Shown: piece by piece, positions 1-9,453 of the stretch
Numbering within the stretch: position 1 is the stretch's first letter
How the letters are laid out: each line of letters opens with the position of its first letter
DNA from: Gammaproteobacteria bacterium
Lineage (GTDB): Bacteria > Pseudomonadota > Gammaproteobacteria > Steroidobacterales > Foliamicaceae
Direction: 5' to 3'
Length of the DNA: 64,000 nt
Assembly: GCA_965200225.1 (NCBI GenBank)
Contig: CBDATM010000001.1
Location: forward strand, 1,551,878 to 1,615,877
Position numbers and translations under genes: made by a program
The notes under the pieces: model-generated
The model's input: the letters and a program-made list of their open reading frames with translations, nothing else
The model's database searches: none
Told to the model about the DNA's origin: nothing

Positions 1-425
1 TGGCGATGTCCAACCGTAACGCCATCGAGAAAGCCGTGCGGCCCCTGTACGACGAATTCCAGCGGCAACTGAACCGTCAGGAGAGCCTGGTGCAGCGGTT
101 CCAGTTCATTTCTCCGGCGATCATGATGCAGTTGGCGCTGAACGAGATATCCGGGACCAGCGCAGATCGCTACGAGCACTTTCTGAACCAGGCTTACGAT
201 TTCCGGGGAGAGTGGAACGAATTCTTCACGGTGAAGTTCCTTCAGCGCAGCCCGCTGACACCCTCGGACTACGATCAGTTTCCGGCTTTCGAGTACCGCG
301 AGGAGCCATTCGGCACGGTGCTGATGCGTCTGGTTCCGTCGTTGCTGGGAATACTGGTGTTGCTTGTTGGCGCGATTCTGATTCCGTTTCTTGGGCTGCG
401 GCGTTATCAGGTTGCGACGTCGTAA
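1..425 (+). CDS. ABC-2 type permease / DUF3526 family membrane protein, 3' part (5' end lies upstream of window)
   Basis: Open frame from window edge to TAA 423-425; RFQFISPAIMMQLALNEISGTS...FLNQAYDFRGEW followed by a C-terminal TM helix resembles DUF3526 permease C-termini. Confidence 0.65.
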   Translation, partial: AMSNRNAIEKAVRPLYDEFQRQLNRQESLVQRFQFISPAIMMQLALNEISGTSADRYEHFLNQAYDFRGEWNEFFTVKFLQRSPLTPSDYDQFPAFEYREEPFGTVLMRLVPSLLGILVLLVGAILIPFLGLRRYQVATS

Positions 426-445
426 GCCGGCATATGCGTTCGCCG

Positions 446-608
446 GTGCGCTATCGCGTTGGTTCTTCCGCCCCTCGTCCCGCTCCCTCGCCTTTCGGGA
501 GACGCATGAATCCATCCATGGAGCTTGGTTCCGGCATCCTGCCTTCAACACTCCCGCAAGGCGAGGGGGCGCGGGACGAGGGGCGGAAGAACCAACGCGA
601 TAGCGCAC
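446..608. repeat. Long hairpin (REPIN/MITE-like) element, copy 1
   Basis: Arms 446-501 and 551-608 are reverse complements (outer 38 bp perfect); 49-nt loop 502-550 is 44/49 identical to the loop at 8329-8377. Confidence 0.9.
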
Positions 609-726
609 AAACCGGGGCATTTGGGGGCACCTGCCGAGTAGCCCGGAACTCGCCTTCAGGCAAGAGGCGGGCTATAGGCGCAATAGCAATAGCTTTCGCG
701 AGCGCCTCCGGGCTTCGAATGCCGGC

Positions 727-2004
727 TCAGAAGTTGTAGCGCAGGCTGATGGCCGCAAAGCTGTCGCGCCGGGTGTAGTAGTGGATGTCGCGCTCGTCGA
801 TTTCGAGCACCGCGGCTACCTCCGCATCCAGCGACCAGTGATCGGACAGGCGGCGCTCCAGCAGCAAGGCCATCGCGTTGGTGTTCCGCCCGCCCACATC
901 CATGATCAGGCTCAAGCTGACGCGGGTGTCTTGCACGTCATTGAGAGCCAACTGGGCAGCTACCGCAAGCTCATTCTCGAACACGCCGGGCGATCGCGCG
1001 GGCGTTGCGTAGTCTCCCCGATCGTCGTAGTGCCACTCGCTGATCAGCGTCAGATCGGCGGCGGAGTCGAACAACGAATACAGCGCATATTCCACGCCGG
1101 TGGAGAACGCCAGGTAGTTCTCTTCCACGCCCAGCAGATTGGCGGCGCCGGAACGTTGTATCGCCTCCGCCTTGAGCAGCCAGGGCCCGAGCGTGAACTG
1201 CATGTCCAGGCCGAACTGACGGATCTGTTCGTAGTACTGAAGGAACTTCAGTTTGCCGTCGCTCCCGAATTCAGGCACGCCGCGGGGCTCCCGGCTGGTG
1301 CCGTCGAACACGCTCAGCCCCAGATCCAGGGCGCCGAAGTTCTGACTGTAACGGGCGGCCAGATCCGTGTGCCATCGGCCGGCGCTGCTTTCGTACTGCA
1401 CATTGTCCTCTTCCAGCAGAAACGGCAGGCGCAGGCGGCCGTGGCGTCCGGGAAAAGTTCGCGGGCGGTGCCCCGGAAGGCCGAAAAGCTCCAGGATTCC
1501 CCAATCCCCGGAAAGCGTGAAATGGGCCATGAATTGTCCCAGCCTCTCGTCGCCGCCGGGGTGCTCCACAGCATCGACCTGGTTGATGATGTCAACCAGC
1601 CGCTGTGCCTCCAGAACCCCCCAGAAAACCCGATCGAAGCCCAGCCGCAGTTCCCAGCCATTGTCGCCCGCATCGCCGTACAACATCAGGTAGGCTTCGC
1701 GCAGATCGGCGTGCGTGCGCCGCGAATCCGCGGCGTCCAGGCGAAAGAACGGCTTGATGGTAATGCTTCTGCCCTGCGTGTCCTCGATATAGAACTCCGG
1801 TTCCAGAAAAAAACCGCTGGCATGATCGCGCTGGCTCGGGTGCAGGGCAGTGTCCGGATACCAGCGGCTTTCCAGGTTGATGGCGCCGGAAAATTCGGAG
1901 AAAGCGATTTCCGCTGCCGCCAGCGCCGGCAGCGCGAGCGTCCCTGCAAGCAGGACAGCGCCAATGGCCTTGCGCTTGAGGAGGAGGATAGGGGATCGGG
2001 GCAA
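727..2004 (-). CDS. Outer-membrane beta-barrel protein accompanying the RND/LolA-like export module
   Basis: ORF 727-2154, likely start TTG 2004; signal peptide KRKAIGAVLLAGTLALPALAAA; DLREAY, LRLGFDRVFWG motifs; C-terminal aromatic ISLRYNF typical of OM barrels. Confidence 0.7.
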   Translation of the reverse strand: MPRSPILLLKRKAIGAVLLAGTLALPALAAAEIAFSEFSGAINLESRWYPDTALHPSQRDHASGFFLEPEFYIEDTQGRSITIKPFFRLDAADSRRTHADLREAYLMLYGDAGDNGWELRLGFDRVFWGVLEAQRLVDIINQVDAVEHPGGDERLGQFMAHFTLSGDWGILELFGLPGHRPRTFPGRHGRLRLPFLLEEDNVQYESSAGRWHTDLAARYSQNFGALDLGLSVFDGTSREPRGVPEFGSDGKLKFLQYYEQIRQFGLDMQFTLGPWLLKAEAIQRSGAANLLGVEENYLAFSTGVEYALYSLFDSAADLTLISEWHYDDRGDYATPARSPGVFENELAVAAQLALNDVQDTRVSLSLIMDVGGRNTNAMALLLERRLSDHWSLDAEVAAVLEIDERDIHYYTRRDSFAAISLRYNF

Positions 2005-2324
2005 GCTGCCGGGGCAGGCGCGCCTTTTCGTACGCCTCTTAGCGCGCCACACGGAATGCATGGCGGATCCATACGGCGCGCTTTCGGCAAAACGCGGCGA
2101 CTTGCGGCATTCGTGTTCCAGGTATTCGTGTTCCATTGAGCTGCTCATGCGCACGCAAATTGTATCGCTCCTGCGTTTGCCATCTGGCGAGGGACTGCCT
2201 GACCATTGCGGAAATAAATGAAGGCGCTCCTTGCTTTTGGGCAGTATTCTTTAGAATCTGCTATTATCCTTCCAAAGCGCCAATCGCGGACCATGATGTT
2301 CCCGGTGGCTAGTTAACCGGTACG

Positions 2325-3530
2325 ATGAAGTCAGATATGCAACATCCCGACAAAGGACTGATTCTCGACCCGCCGACGGCGTTTGCGAACACTTACCCCA
2401 GAGCACGCGCCGTAGACGCTGCAGTCGCCGACAACTATATACGGCACACGCGGGTCGGCGACCCGGAACTGGACCGGGTAATGGAGGAGCTTGCTGATTT
2501 CCCGACGCGGGACCTGCACAGGTTCGTGCAAGCCGGTATAGAGCAAGAAGACAAGATCAAGCAAGCGCCGAAGGTCCTGCGTGATTTCTTCGACAATCTG
2601 GACGAACCGGACTGGCTCGACTACGACAAGTTCCTTCCCGGAATGCGCGCGCTCCATTCGAATACCGACGATACGATCGTCGCGTTCCTTTGCGGAGTGC
2701 TGGTGGAAGGTTTTACTACGCTCATCCGGAAGTCCTTCGTCGTTACCAGCCGGGTTTTGCTCGAGCCGACCCAACGACGCCAAAAGCAGAATATCCGTCA
2801 GTTGCTGGAAATATTCCTGCCTGACGGCTTGAAACGCTACGGCGACGGTTACAAGCTGTCCCTGAGAGTTCGTATCGTTCATTCCCGGATCAGGCAGCTT
2901 ATTGCGCATTCCGAGGATTGGGACGAGGAAGCCTGGGGCGTTCCGGTATCGGCGGCGCATCTCGGCTATGCCATTGCGGTGTTTTCCGTGGGACTCATGG
3001 AGTATTCGGTGCGCACGGGGGCGAAGTACTCTCAGGAAGAAAAAGACAGCGTCGTCGACGTTTGGCGCTACGCGGGCTATGTCATGGGGATTCCCGAGTC
3101 CATCCTCTATTCCACTCCGCAGGAAGCGGCGCACTTGCGAAAGATCGTCCTGCTCGCCGAGCCTCCCATGGACGAGGATTCGGTCACCATGGCGCACGGT
3201 TGGCTCGGGTCCGCCCCGGCGACGGGCGGTGTGAAAGAACCGAAGGAAGCGGAGGAACTGACCGCCCTGGTTTTCCAGATTTCCCGGGCATTGATGGGAA
3301 ACAAGCGGGCCAACGCGTTGAAATTTCCGCGGGATAATATGGCGATATTGGGAGGCAGTGGAATACTTTTTCTGTACCGCTTTAAGCAATACTTGAAGAA
3401 AAAGTTCATCGGAGTGCAGACCGTCAAGCTGGGCAATTTTTCTCAGTTCATTGCAGCTTCCGCATACGATGAGAGGTTGACCTACAAGTTGCCTGATCAT
3501 GTGAATCAGGGGAAGACGAGTTGGTGGTGA
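2325..3530 (+). CDS. Oxygenase MpaB / rubber oxygenase Lcp-like (DUF2236) family protein
   Basis: 401 aa; GDPELDRV N-terminal motif, PDWLD, VRIVHSRIR (heme-His motif), WGVPVS, WRYAGYVMGIPE. Confidence 0.8.
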   Translation: MKSDMQHPDKGLILDPPTAFANTYPRARAVDAAVADNYIRHTRVGDPELDRVMEELADFPTRDLHRFVQAGIEQEDKIKQAPKVLRDFFDNLDEPDWLDYDKFLPGMRALHSNTDDTIVAFLCGVLVEGFTTLIRKSFVVTSRVLLEPTQRRQKQNIRQLLEIFLPDGLKRYGDGYKLSLRVRIVHSRIRQLIAHSEDWDEEAWGVPVSAAHLGYAIAVFSVGLMEYSVRTGAKYSQEEKDSVVDVWRYAGYVMGIPESILYSTPQEAAHLRKIVLLAEPPMDEDSVTMAHGWLGSAPATGGVKEPKEAEELTALVFQISRALMGNKRANALKFPRDNMAILGGSGILFLYRFKQYLKKKFIGVQTVKLGNFSQFIAASAYDERLTYKLPDHVNQGKTSWW

Positions 3531-3609
3531 GTCGGGCAAGCTCACGCCGTTTCCCGCGGGTTGCCAGGGCGCCGAGGCTGTCGCCTTCGTCGTTGGCTGA
3601 ACAACCCGG

Positions 3610-5949
3610 GTGAGGATCCAATTGCGGCTCGATAACTACACGCATTTCCTGTTCCGCTTTCGCTGGCTGGCGGTAGCGCTTTCCCTGCTGGTCACGCTTG
3701 GCCTGGGAGCGGGGCTGGAGCGGATCACCGTCGAGAACAACTACCGAATCCTGTTCAACGAGGACGACCCGCGCCTGATCGCGCTCGACACGCTCGAAGA
3801 GTCATTCAGCAAGTCCAACGCCGTGCTGATCGCGGTTACGCCGGTTGACGGCACCGTGTTCACGCGCGACGGGCTCGCCGCTGTTCACGCCCTTACGGAG
3901 GCGGCGTGGACCACCCCGTACGCGAGCCGCGTCGACTCGCTCACGAACTACGATCACAGCGAGGCCGACGGCGACGACCTGATTGTGGGGCCGCTTGTCG
4001 AAGATCCGGCCACGCTGAGCGACGCCGATCTGGCGCGAATCGAGGACATCGCGCGCAACACGGTGGATCTGGTCGGCAACCTGGTGTCGCGCGATGGAAG
4101 CACGGCCGGGATCGTGGTCAACTTCGTCACGCCCGACGAGTCGGAACAGACGCTTGCCGAAATCACGGCCTACCTCAATTCGCTCCTTGACGAGGGGCGC
4201 GCCAGCTACCCGGGCACCGCCTATCGCATGACGGGCTACGTGGTGGTCAACCAGGCCATGGGCGAAGCCACGCAGCGCGACTCCGAGACGCTGGTGCCGT
4301 TGGTGTTTGTGGGCATCCTGGTTCTTACCGCGGTGTTTCTGCGTTCCGCATTCGCCACCATCGCGGTCATCTCGGTTGTTATCGTAACCGTGGCGTCCGC
4401 CATGGGGTTCGTGGGCTGGACCGGCATGGTGATGTCGCCCGCCAACCCGGGCATACCGATCATCATCATGGTGATCGCCATCGCCGATTCCATCCACATC
4501 GCCTCCAACGCCCTGTTGGCCATGCGTGACGGCATGGCCAGGAAGGAGGCGATTGTCCAGTCGATGCGCATCAACGCGTGGCCGGTATTCCTGACGTCGC
4601 TGACCACGGCCATCGGCTTTTTGAGCCTGAATGCATCGGATGCGCCGCCGTTTCAGGTCATGGGCAATGCCGTCGCCTTCGGTATCCTGTGCGCGTTTAC
4701 TTTCTCGCTGGTTCTGCTGCCGGCGCTGCTTTTCATCCTACCCGTCCGCGCCGCGCAGTCGCGCAAGCGCGGCTTCTTCGGCAAGCTTGTGGATTCCATC
4801 TTCGCGCGGCTCGGGATGGAGAGCGGCTTCTTCGACCGGCTTGCGGATTTCGTGCTCGCGCGGCGCCGTGCCATGCTGGTGTCCTTCGTGGCCCTCACGG
4901 TTGTGGTGGCTGCCGGCATTCCCCGTATCGAACTTGGCGACAACCTGACGCGATTCTTCGACGAGAGCTTCCAGATCCGGCTCGACTCGGACTTCATCGG
5001 CGAGAACCTGACCGGCATCGACAAGCTTGAATACTCCCTGGATTCCGGGAGCGAAGACGGCATAACCGATCCCGGATATCTGCGCAAGGTCGATGCCTTC
5101 GCCGAATGGCTGCGGCAGCAGCCCAACGTCAGCTATGTGCAGGCCTTGTCGGATGTCATGAAACGGCTCAACCGCAACATGCATGAGGACGACCCGGACT
5201 ATTATCGGCTGCCCGACAATCCGGAACTGGCGGCGCAATACCTGCTGCTTTACGAGTTGTCCCTGCCGTTCGGTCGGGACCTCAACGACCGCCTGGACGT
5301 GAGCAAGTCCGCCACGCGCCTGTCCGTGAACATCGAGAACGCGACCTCCCGGGACTTGCGCAATTTCGACAGCCGGACGCAGGCCTGGCTGAGCGAAAAT
5401 GCGCCGGAATTCACGCAGCAGGCCACCGGCTTGAGCGCCATCGTGGCGTACATGACGGAACAGAACATCGACAGCATGCTCGTTGGCACCCTCATTGCCA
5501 TGGTCCTCGTTTCGTTGATCCTGGTGTGGGCGCTGAAGAACATCCGCATCGGCATTCTGAGCCTGCTGCCGAACATCGTTCCGATACTCCTGACCTTCGG
5601 CCTGTGGGGCCATTTCGTCGGCCAGATCGGGCTCGTGTCCACCGTTGTGCTTTCCATCGTCTTCGGCATCGTCGTGGACGACACGATCCACTTCCTGAGC
5701 AAGTATCTGAGAGGCCGCGGCAATGGGCTCGCGCCTCCGGAGGCCGTGCGCTACGCTTTCCGCACGGTGGGCCACGCCCTGTTCACGACCACGACGGTGC
5801 TGGGAGTGGGCTTCATGGCCCTGTTCTTCTCGGGATTCGAGCTTACCTGGGTGCTTGGCGTGCTCGTAACCATCACGCTGTTTTGCGCATTGGCCACCGA
5901 TTTTCTGCTGCTCCCGGTTTTGCTGCTCGCCATTGATCGAAAGGGCTGA
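3610..5949 (+). CDS. MMPL/RND-family lipid exporter
   Basis: 779 aa, two repeats of TM + periplasmic loop + 5 TM; IAIADSIH, VFLTSLTTAIGF, GIVVDDTIHF motifs. Confidence 0.9.
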   Translation: MRIQLRLDNYTHFLFRFRWLAVALSLLVTLGLGAGLERITVENNYRILFNEDDPRLIALDTLEESFSKSNAVLIAVTPVDGTVFTRDGLAAVHALTEAAWTTPYASRVDSLTNYDHSEADGDDLIVGPLVEDPATLSDADLARIEDIARNTVDLVGNLVSRDGSTAGIVVNFVTPDESEQTLAEITAYLNSLLDEGRASYPGTAYRMTGYVVVNQAMGEATQRDSETLVPLVFVGILVLTAVFLRSAFATIAVISVVIVTVASAMGFVGWTGMVMSPANPGIPIIIMVIAIADSIHIASNALLAMRDGMARKEAIVQSMRINAWPVFLTSLTTAIGFLSLNASDAPPFQVMGNAVAFGILCAFTFSLVLLPALLFILPVRAAQSRKRGFFGKLVDSIFARLGMESGFFDRLADFVLARRRAMLVSFVALTVVVAAGIPRIELGDNLTRFFDESFQIRLDSDFIGENLTGIDKLEYSLDSGSEDGITDPGYLRKVDAFAEWLRQQPNVSYVQALSDVMKRLNRNMHEDDPDYYRLPDNPELAAQYLLLYELSLPFGRDLNDRLDVSKSATRLSVNIENATSRDLRNFDSRTQAWLSENAPEFTQQATGLSAIVAYMTEQNIDSMLVGTLIAMVLVSLILVWALKNIRIGILSLLPNIVPILLTFGLWGHFVGQIGLVSTVVLSIVFGIVVDDTIHFLSKYLRGRGNGLAPPEAVRYAFRTVGHALFTTTTVLGVGFMALFFSGFELTWVLGVLVTITLFCALATDFLLLPVLLLAIDRKG

Positions 5950-5991
5950 CACGGACCGATGAGCCGGGTGTAACCAGATTGGGAGAATGAC

Positions 5992-7362
5992 ATGAGCACG
6001 GGTACAGTTGTCATCGTTGGCGGCGGAACCTCCGGACTGAGCGCCGCCTATACGCTCAAGAAACACGGCATCCGGCCCATCGTGCTCGAAGCGAACGACC
6101 GGGTTGGCGGCCGGATGGGCGGAGACCGGGTGGATGGCTTTTGCCTGGACGAAGGCGCGGACTTCCTGACCCCGTCGCACGATGTCGCCCGCCGCTTTTG
6201 CGGCGAGTTGGGCCTGAATCTGATCCCGTGGCGACTGAATCTCGCCTGGTACAGAAAAGGCCGCTTCATCCTGACCCGGCCGATCCTTTCCCCTCTCGAT
6301 GTGCTGCGGAACATTCCGGCGTACTGGACTTTGGGCATGTTGTCGCCCGGAGGAATGTCCACCATGCGCAAGCTGGGCAAGATGGTCAAGCAAAATCCGG
6401 AGCATCTGAGTTTCGGCAGCACCTCGCGGGTCGCCGAGCTTGACGGGGACGACAGCATCCTCGATTACCTGGACCAGATCGGCGCGCCCAAAGACATGCG
6501 GGTCATGCTGGGTGGCTTCCTCGAGATGACGATGAGCGATCTCGACGAGATGGGCGCCGCCTATGCGATGACCTATTTCGCGCAGATCATCATGCGGGCG
6601 CCGGAGTTGGCCGTGCCGGAGAAAGGCCTCGGCGAAATGACCCACGCCCTGGCCGCGGCTTGCGATGCCGACATCCGCGTCTCGACGCCGGTGGAGCATG
6701 TGGCGATCGAGGACGGAGCCGTAAGCGGCGTCGTGGCGAATGGTGAGCGGATCGAAGCCGACGCGGTGATCTGCGCCACATCAGCCACCAAGGCGCTGGA
6801 CATCCTTCCCGGATTGCCCGATGAGGTGCGCGGCGCGCTTGGCCAGGTCCGTTATTCGCGCGGATGCCGCGTGGTTATCGGTCTGGACCACCCGCCGCTT
6901 CCCCCCGGGATACAGGGCGTCCTGTATCCCGAGGACGAGACGCCGCTGATCGTGGACCGGTCCATCACCTTGCCTGCCTGCGTGCCGCCGGGCAAGAGCA
7001 CGCTTGATCTGCTGGTCGGCCGCGAGCGCGCTGCGCAACTGTTTCCGCTGGACGACGACGAGATCAAACACCAGCTTCTGTCCGAGGCGCGCCCCATGGC
7101 GCCGCCCGGCTCGAACCTTCCGGGCGACGATGATGGATTGTTCACGCGCGTGTACCGTTGGCGGGAAGCCGTCTGCACCGGAGCGCCCGGCAGCCTGAAG
7201 GCGATCGCGGACATGCGCCGCGCGCGGCAGGAAAGCGGCAGTGTCGCCAACCTGTTCCTGGCCGGCGACTACACGCGCATGCCTTCCCTCAACGGCGCTC
7301 TGGCCAGTGGCGTCGATGCCGCCGACGAGGTTGCGGCCTTCCTCGCGTCTCGTTCTGCCTGA
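5992..7362 (+). CDS. FAD-dependent oxidoreductase, flavin amine oxidase / protoporphyrinogen oxidase-like family
   Basis: VVIVGGGTSGLSAA dinucleotide fold, LEANDRVGGR, C-terminal LFLAGDYT...LNGALASG. Confidence 0.85.
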   Translation: MSTGTVVIVGGGTSGLSAAYTLKKHGIRPIVLEANDRVGGRMGGDRVDGFCLDEGADFLTPSHDVARRFCGELGLNLIPWRLNLAWYRKGRFILTRPILSPLDVLRNIPAYWTLGMLSPGGMSTMRKLGKMVKQNPEHLSFGSTSRVAELDGDDSILDYLDQIGAPKDMRVMLGGFLEMTMSDLDEMGAAYAMTYFAQIIMRAPELAVPEKGLGEMTHALAAACDADIRVSTPVEHVAIEDGAVSGVVANGERIEADAVICATSATKALDILPGLPDEVRGALGQVRYSRGCRVVIGLDHPPLPPGIQGVLYPEDETPLIVDRSITLPACVPPGKSTLDLLVGRERAAQLFPLDDDEIKHQLLSEARPMAPPGSNLPGDDDGLFTRVYRWREAVCTGAPGSLKAIADMRRARQESGSVANLFLAGDYTRMPSLNGALASGVDAADEVAAFLASRSA

Positions 7363-7400
7363 CAGACCACAGGCGGGGTTTCCTCATAGGGTTAAGGACC

Positions 7401-8243
7401 ATGAAAGCTTCATTCATCACGCTGATTCTTCGCTCGAAACTCGCCGCCGCATGGCTGTTTCCGCTGCTGGCGCTGCCGACGCTGCTGGCGCCGCTGCATT
7501 CCGGCGTGGCGCAGGAGGATTCCGCAGCGCAGGCGGAAGGCTTGCGCATTGCCGAGGAAGCCTCGCAGCGCGGCAAGGGATTCGGGAATTTTTCTGCGAA
7601 AATCGTAATGACGCTTCGCCAGAAGGGCGGCAGGGAGAGCGTTCGGGCGATGCGGACCAAAGTGCTGGAGGTGGAAGGCGATGGCAATCGCAGCATCTTC
7701 GTGTTCGATCAGCCGCGCGATGTGAGGGGTACCGCGCTGCTGATCCATGCGCACCCCGATGACGCAAACGAGCAATGGCTGTTTCTCCCGGCGCTGTCGC
7801 GAGTCAAGCGAATCAGTTCATCGAACCGATCCGGGTCGTTCATGGCCAGCGAGTTCTCCTACGAGGACCTGGGGGAGCCGGAAGTCCCCAAGTACACCTA
7901 TCGATACCTGCGCGATGAACCTTGCGGCGAATTGTCCTGCACGGTGACGGAATGGATTCCGGTGGAGAGGGAATCGGGTTACACCCGCCAGGAGGTATGG
8001 CACGACAAGGACGAATACCGCATCATGAAGGTGCAGTACTACGATCGCAAGAAGTCGCATCTCAAGACGCTGGAAATGTCGGACTACCAGAAATATGCGG
8101 GCAGTTTCTGGCAGGCGGGCACCATGGACATGCAGAACCACCAGACGGGCAAGAGCACCACAATGCAGTGGTCCGAATTTGTCTACGGCGGGGATCTCAA
8201 CGAGAACGACTTTACGCAGACGGGGCTGCGAAGAGTGCGGTAG
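7401..8243 (+). CDS. Outer membrane lipoprotein-sorting protein (LolA-like)
   Basis: ATG 7401 after AAGGA; signal peptide; PRDVRGTALL, QWLFLPALSRVKRI, GSFMASEFSYEDL, YYDRK...HLKTL motifs. Confidence 0.85.
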   Translation: MKASFITLILRSKLAAAWLFPLLALPTLLAPLHSGVAQEDSAAQAEGLRIAEEASQRGKGFGNFSAKIVMTLRQKGGRESVRAMRTKVLEVEGDGNRSIFVFDQPRDVRGTALLIHAHPDDANEQWLFLPALSRVKRISSSNRSGSFMASEFSYEDLGEPEVPKYTYRYLRDEPCGELSCTVTEWIPVERESGYTRQEVWHDKDEYRIMKVQYYDRKKSHLKTLEMSDYQKYAGSFWQAGTMDMQNHQTGKSTTMQWSEFVYGGDLNENDFTQTGLRRVR

Positions 8244-8280
8244 ATACGGCGCGGCGACGATCCCTGCGGCGGGTGCTTCC

Positions 8281-8426
8281 GTGCGCTCGCATTGCTCCCT
8301 GCGCTCCTCGCCCCCCGCATTGCGGGAGACGCATGAATACATCCCTGTAGCTTGGTTTCGGCATCCTGCCTCCAACACTCCCGCAATGCGGGGGGGCGAG
8401 GAGCGCAGGGAGCAATGCGAGCGCAC
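8281..8426. repeat. Long hairpin (REPIN/MITE-like) element, copy 2
   Basis: Arms 8281-8328 and 8378-8426 are reverse complements apart from one extra G; loop 8329-8377 matches copy 1. Confidence 0.9.
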
Positions 8427-8533
8427 ACCGGCGCGGGGCGTCGGGGACAGAAGGGCGTTGGGGGTGGGAGAGGGCCGGGGGTGTGGGGGTTTGGGGAATG
8501 GTGGGCTTTGTGGCCGGACGGTGAATGGGCGAA

Positions 8534-9451
8534 TCAGAAGAGGCCGTGGCGGATGGCTAGCCAGAGTTTGCGGGCCTTGCTGACTGAAACTGGGGCGGCA
8601 AGTTTTTCCCAGCCGCGTTTCTCCAGGCGGTCGAAGGTTTCCCGGTAAACCTTCATCATGATTACGGCAGGCTGCATGAGCCGCCCGCGGATTCCCGAAA
8701 GCAGCGCGTCGGCCTCTCCATAGAATTCGTGCGCCATTTTGGCCATGTCCAGGCAGGATTGGGCGAAAGCCGGATGGGTAATGATGCGATCGAGAGATTT
8801 TTCTCCGATGCCGTTTTCCCGCAGAATGTCCAGGGGCACATAGAGACGCTGAATCTTGGCGTCTTCCGATACGTCTCGCAGGATGTTGGTAAGTTGCAGC
8901 GCGTTGCCGAGCGCCACGGCAATTCGGGGAGCGGGTTTCCGGGTCATTCCGAAGGCGTGAATCGACAGCATTCCCACAGCGCCGGCCACCTTTCTGCAAT
9001 AGCCCAGCAAGTCCCCCACGCTTTCCATGCGCACCGTAGGCGGCGCGTCGATTTCCATGCCGTCGATTACCGCCAGTAACTCCTCCTGCGGCAAATCGAA
9101 GCGATCCACCGACTCCAGCAGCGCTCGCGTAACCGGCCATTCCGGCTTGCCGTCGTAGAGCCGCCCGATTTCTTCCCGCCAGCCGTCAAGCGCTCGCAAT
9201 TTGGCGTCGGTTTCCCCGGGTTCGTCGGCGATGTCATCCACTTCGCGACAGAATGCGTAGATGGAATAAATTGCGTCGCGCCGTTCCTGCGAAAGGAGGC
9301 GCATGGCCCAGTAAAAGGAAGTGCCCGATTGCCGAACCACCTTGTACACATACTCCCGCGGGTCCACATCCAGATCCAGCGAAGCCGGATTGCTCCGGAC
9401 CTCGGCGACGGAATCCGGCAGTATCAGGTTGGTGGACTTTTCGCTTGTCAT
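8534..9451 (-). CDS. hpnD: Presqualene diphosphate synthase HpnD (squalene/phytoene synthase family)
   Basis: SGTSFYWAM, IYAFCREVDDIADE, YCRKVAGAVG, ALQLTNILRDVSEDA, RLYVP motifs; ATG 9451 directly after upstream stop at 9454. Confidence 0.8.
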   Translation of the reverse strand: MTSEKSTNLILPDSVAEVRSNPASLDLDVDPREYVYKVVRQSGTSFYWAMRLLSQERRDAIYSIYAFCREVDDIADEPGETDAKLRALDGWREEIGRLYDGKPEWPVTRALLESVDRFDLPQEELLAVIDGMEIDAPPTVRMESVGDLLGYCRKVAGAVGMLSIHAFGMTRKPAPRIAVALGNALQLTNILRDVSEDAKIQRLYVPLDILRENGIGEKSLDRIITHPAFAQSCLDMAKMAHEFYGEADALLSGIRGRLMQPAVIMMKVYRETFDRLEKRGWEKLAAPVSVSKARKLWLAIRHGLF

Positions 9452-9453
9452 CG

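Noticed and set aside
212-739. ORFs 212-739, 391-603 and 451-663 with mirrored peptides (ALSRWFFRPSSR / GAGRGAEEPTR)
   Set aside because: The same peptide on both strands is a by-product of the inverted repeat; no protein family motifs
2231-2257. TTGCTT...TAGAAT as promoter of the oxygenase operon
   Set aside because: Spacer is only 15 bp; too weak to call
4738-6699. 653-aa minus-strand ORF
   Set aside because: Antisense shadow of the MMPL and oxidoreductase genes caused by high-GC codon bias
5992-7362. Calling the flavoprotein hpnE or hemY
   Set aside because: It shares only superfamily motifs; it lacks the HpnE DNGxH signature (has DEGADF) and any heme-pathway context, so it was left unnamed
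446-8426. The two hairpin elements as a CRISPR array
   Set aside because: Only two copies 7.8 kb apart, no repeat-spacer periodicity and no cas genes
8095-8648. Several short ORFs across hairpin copy 2
   Set aside because: Same hairpin artefact (VRSHCSLRSSPP on both strands)
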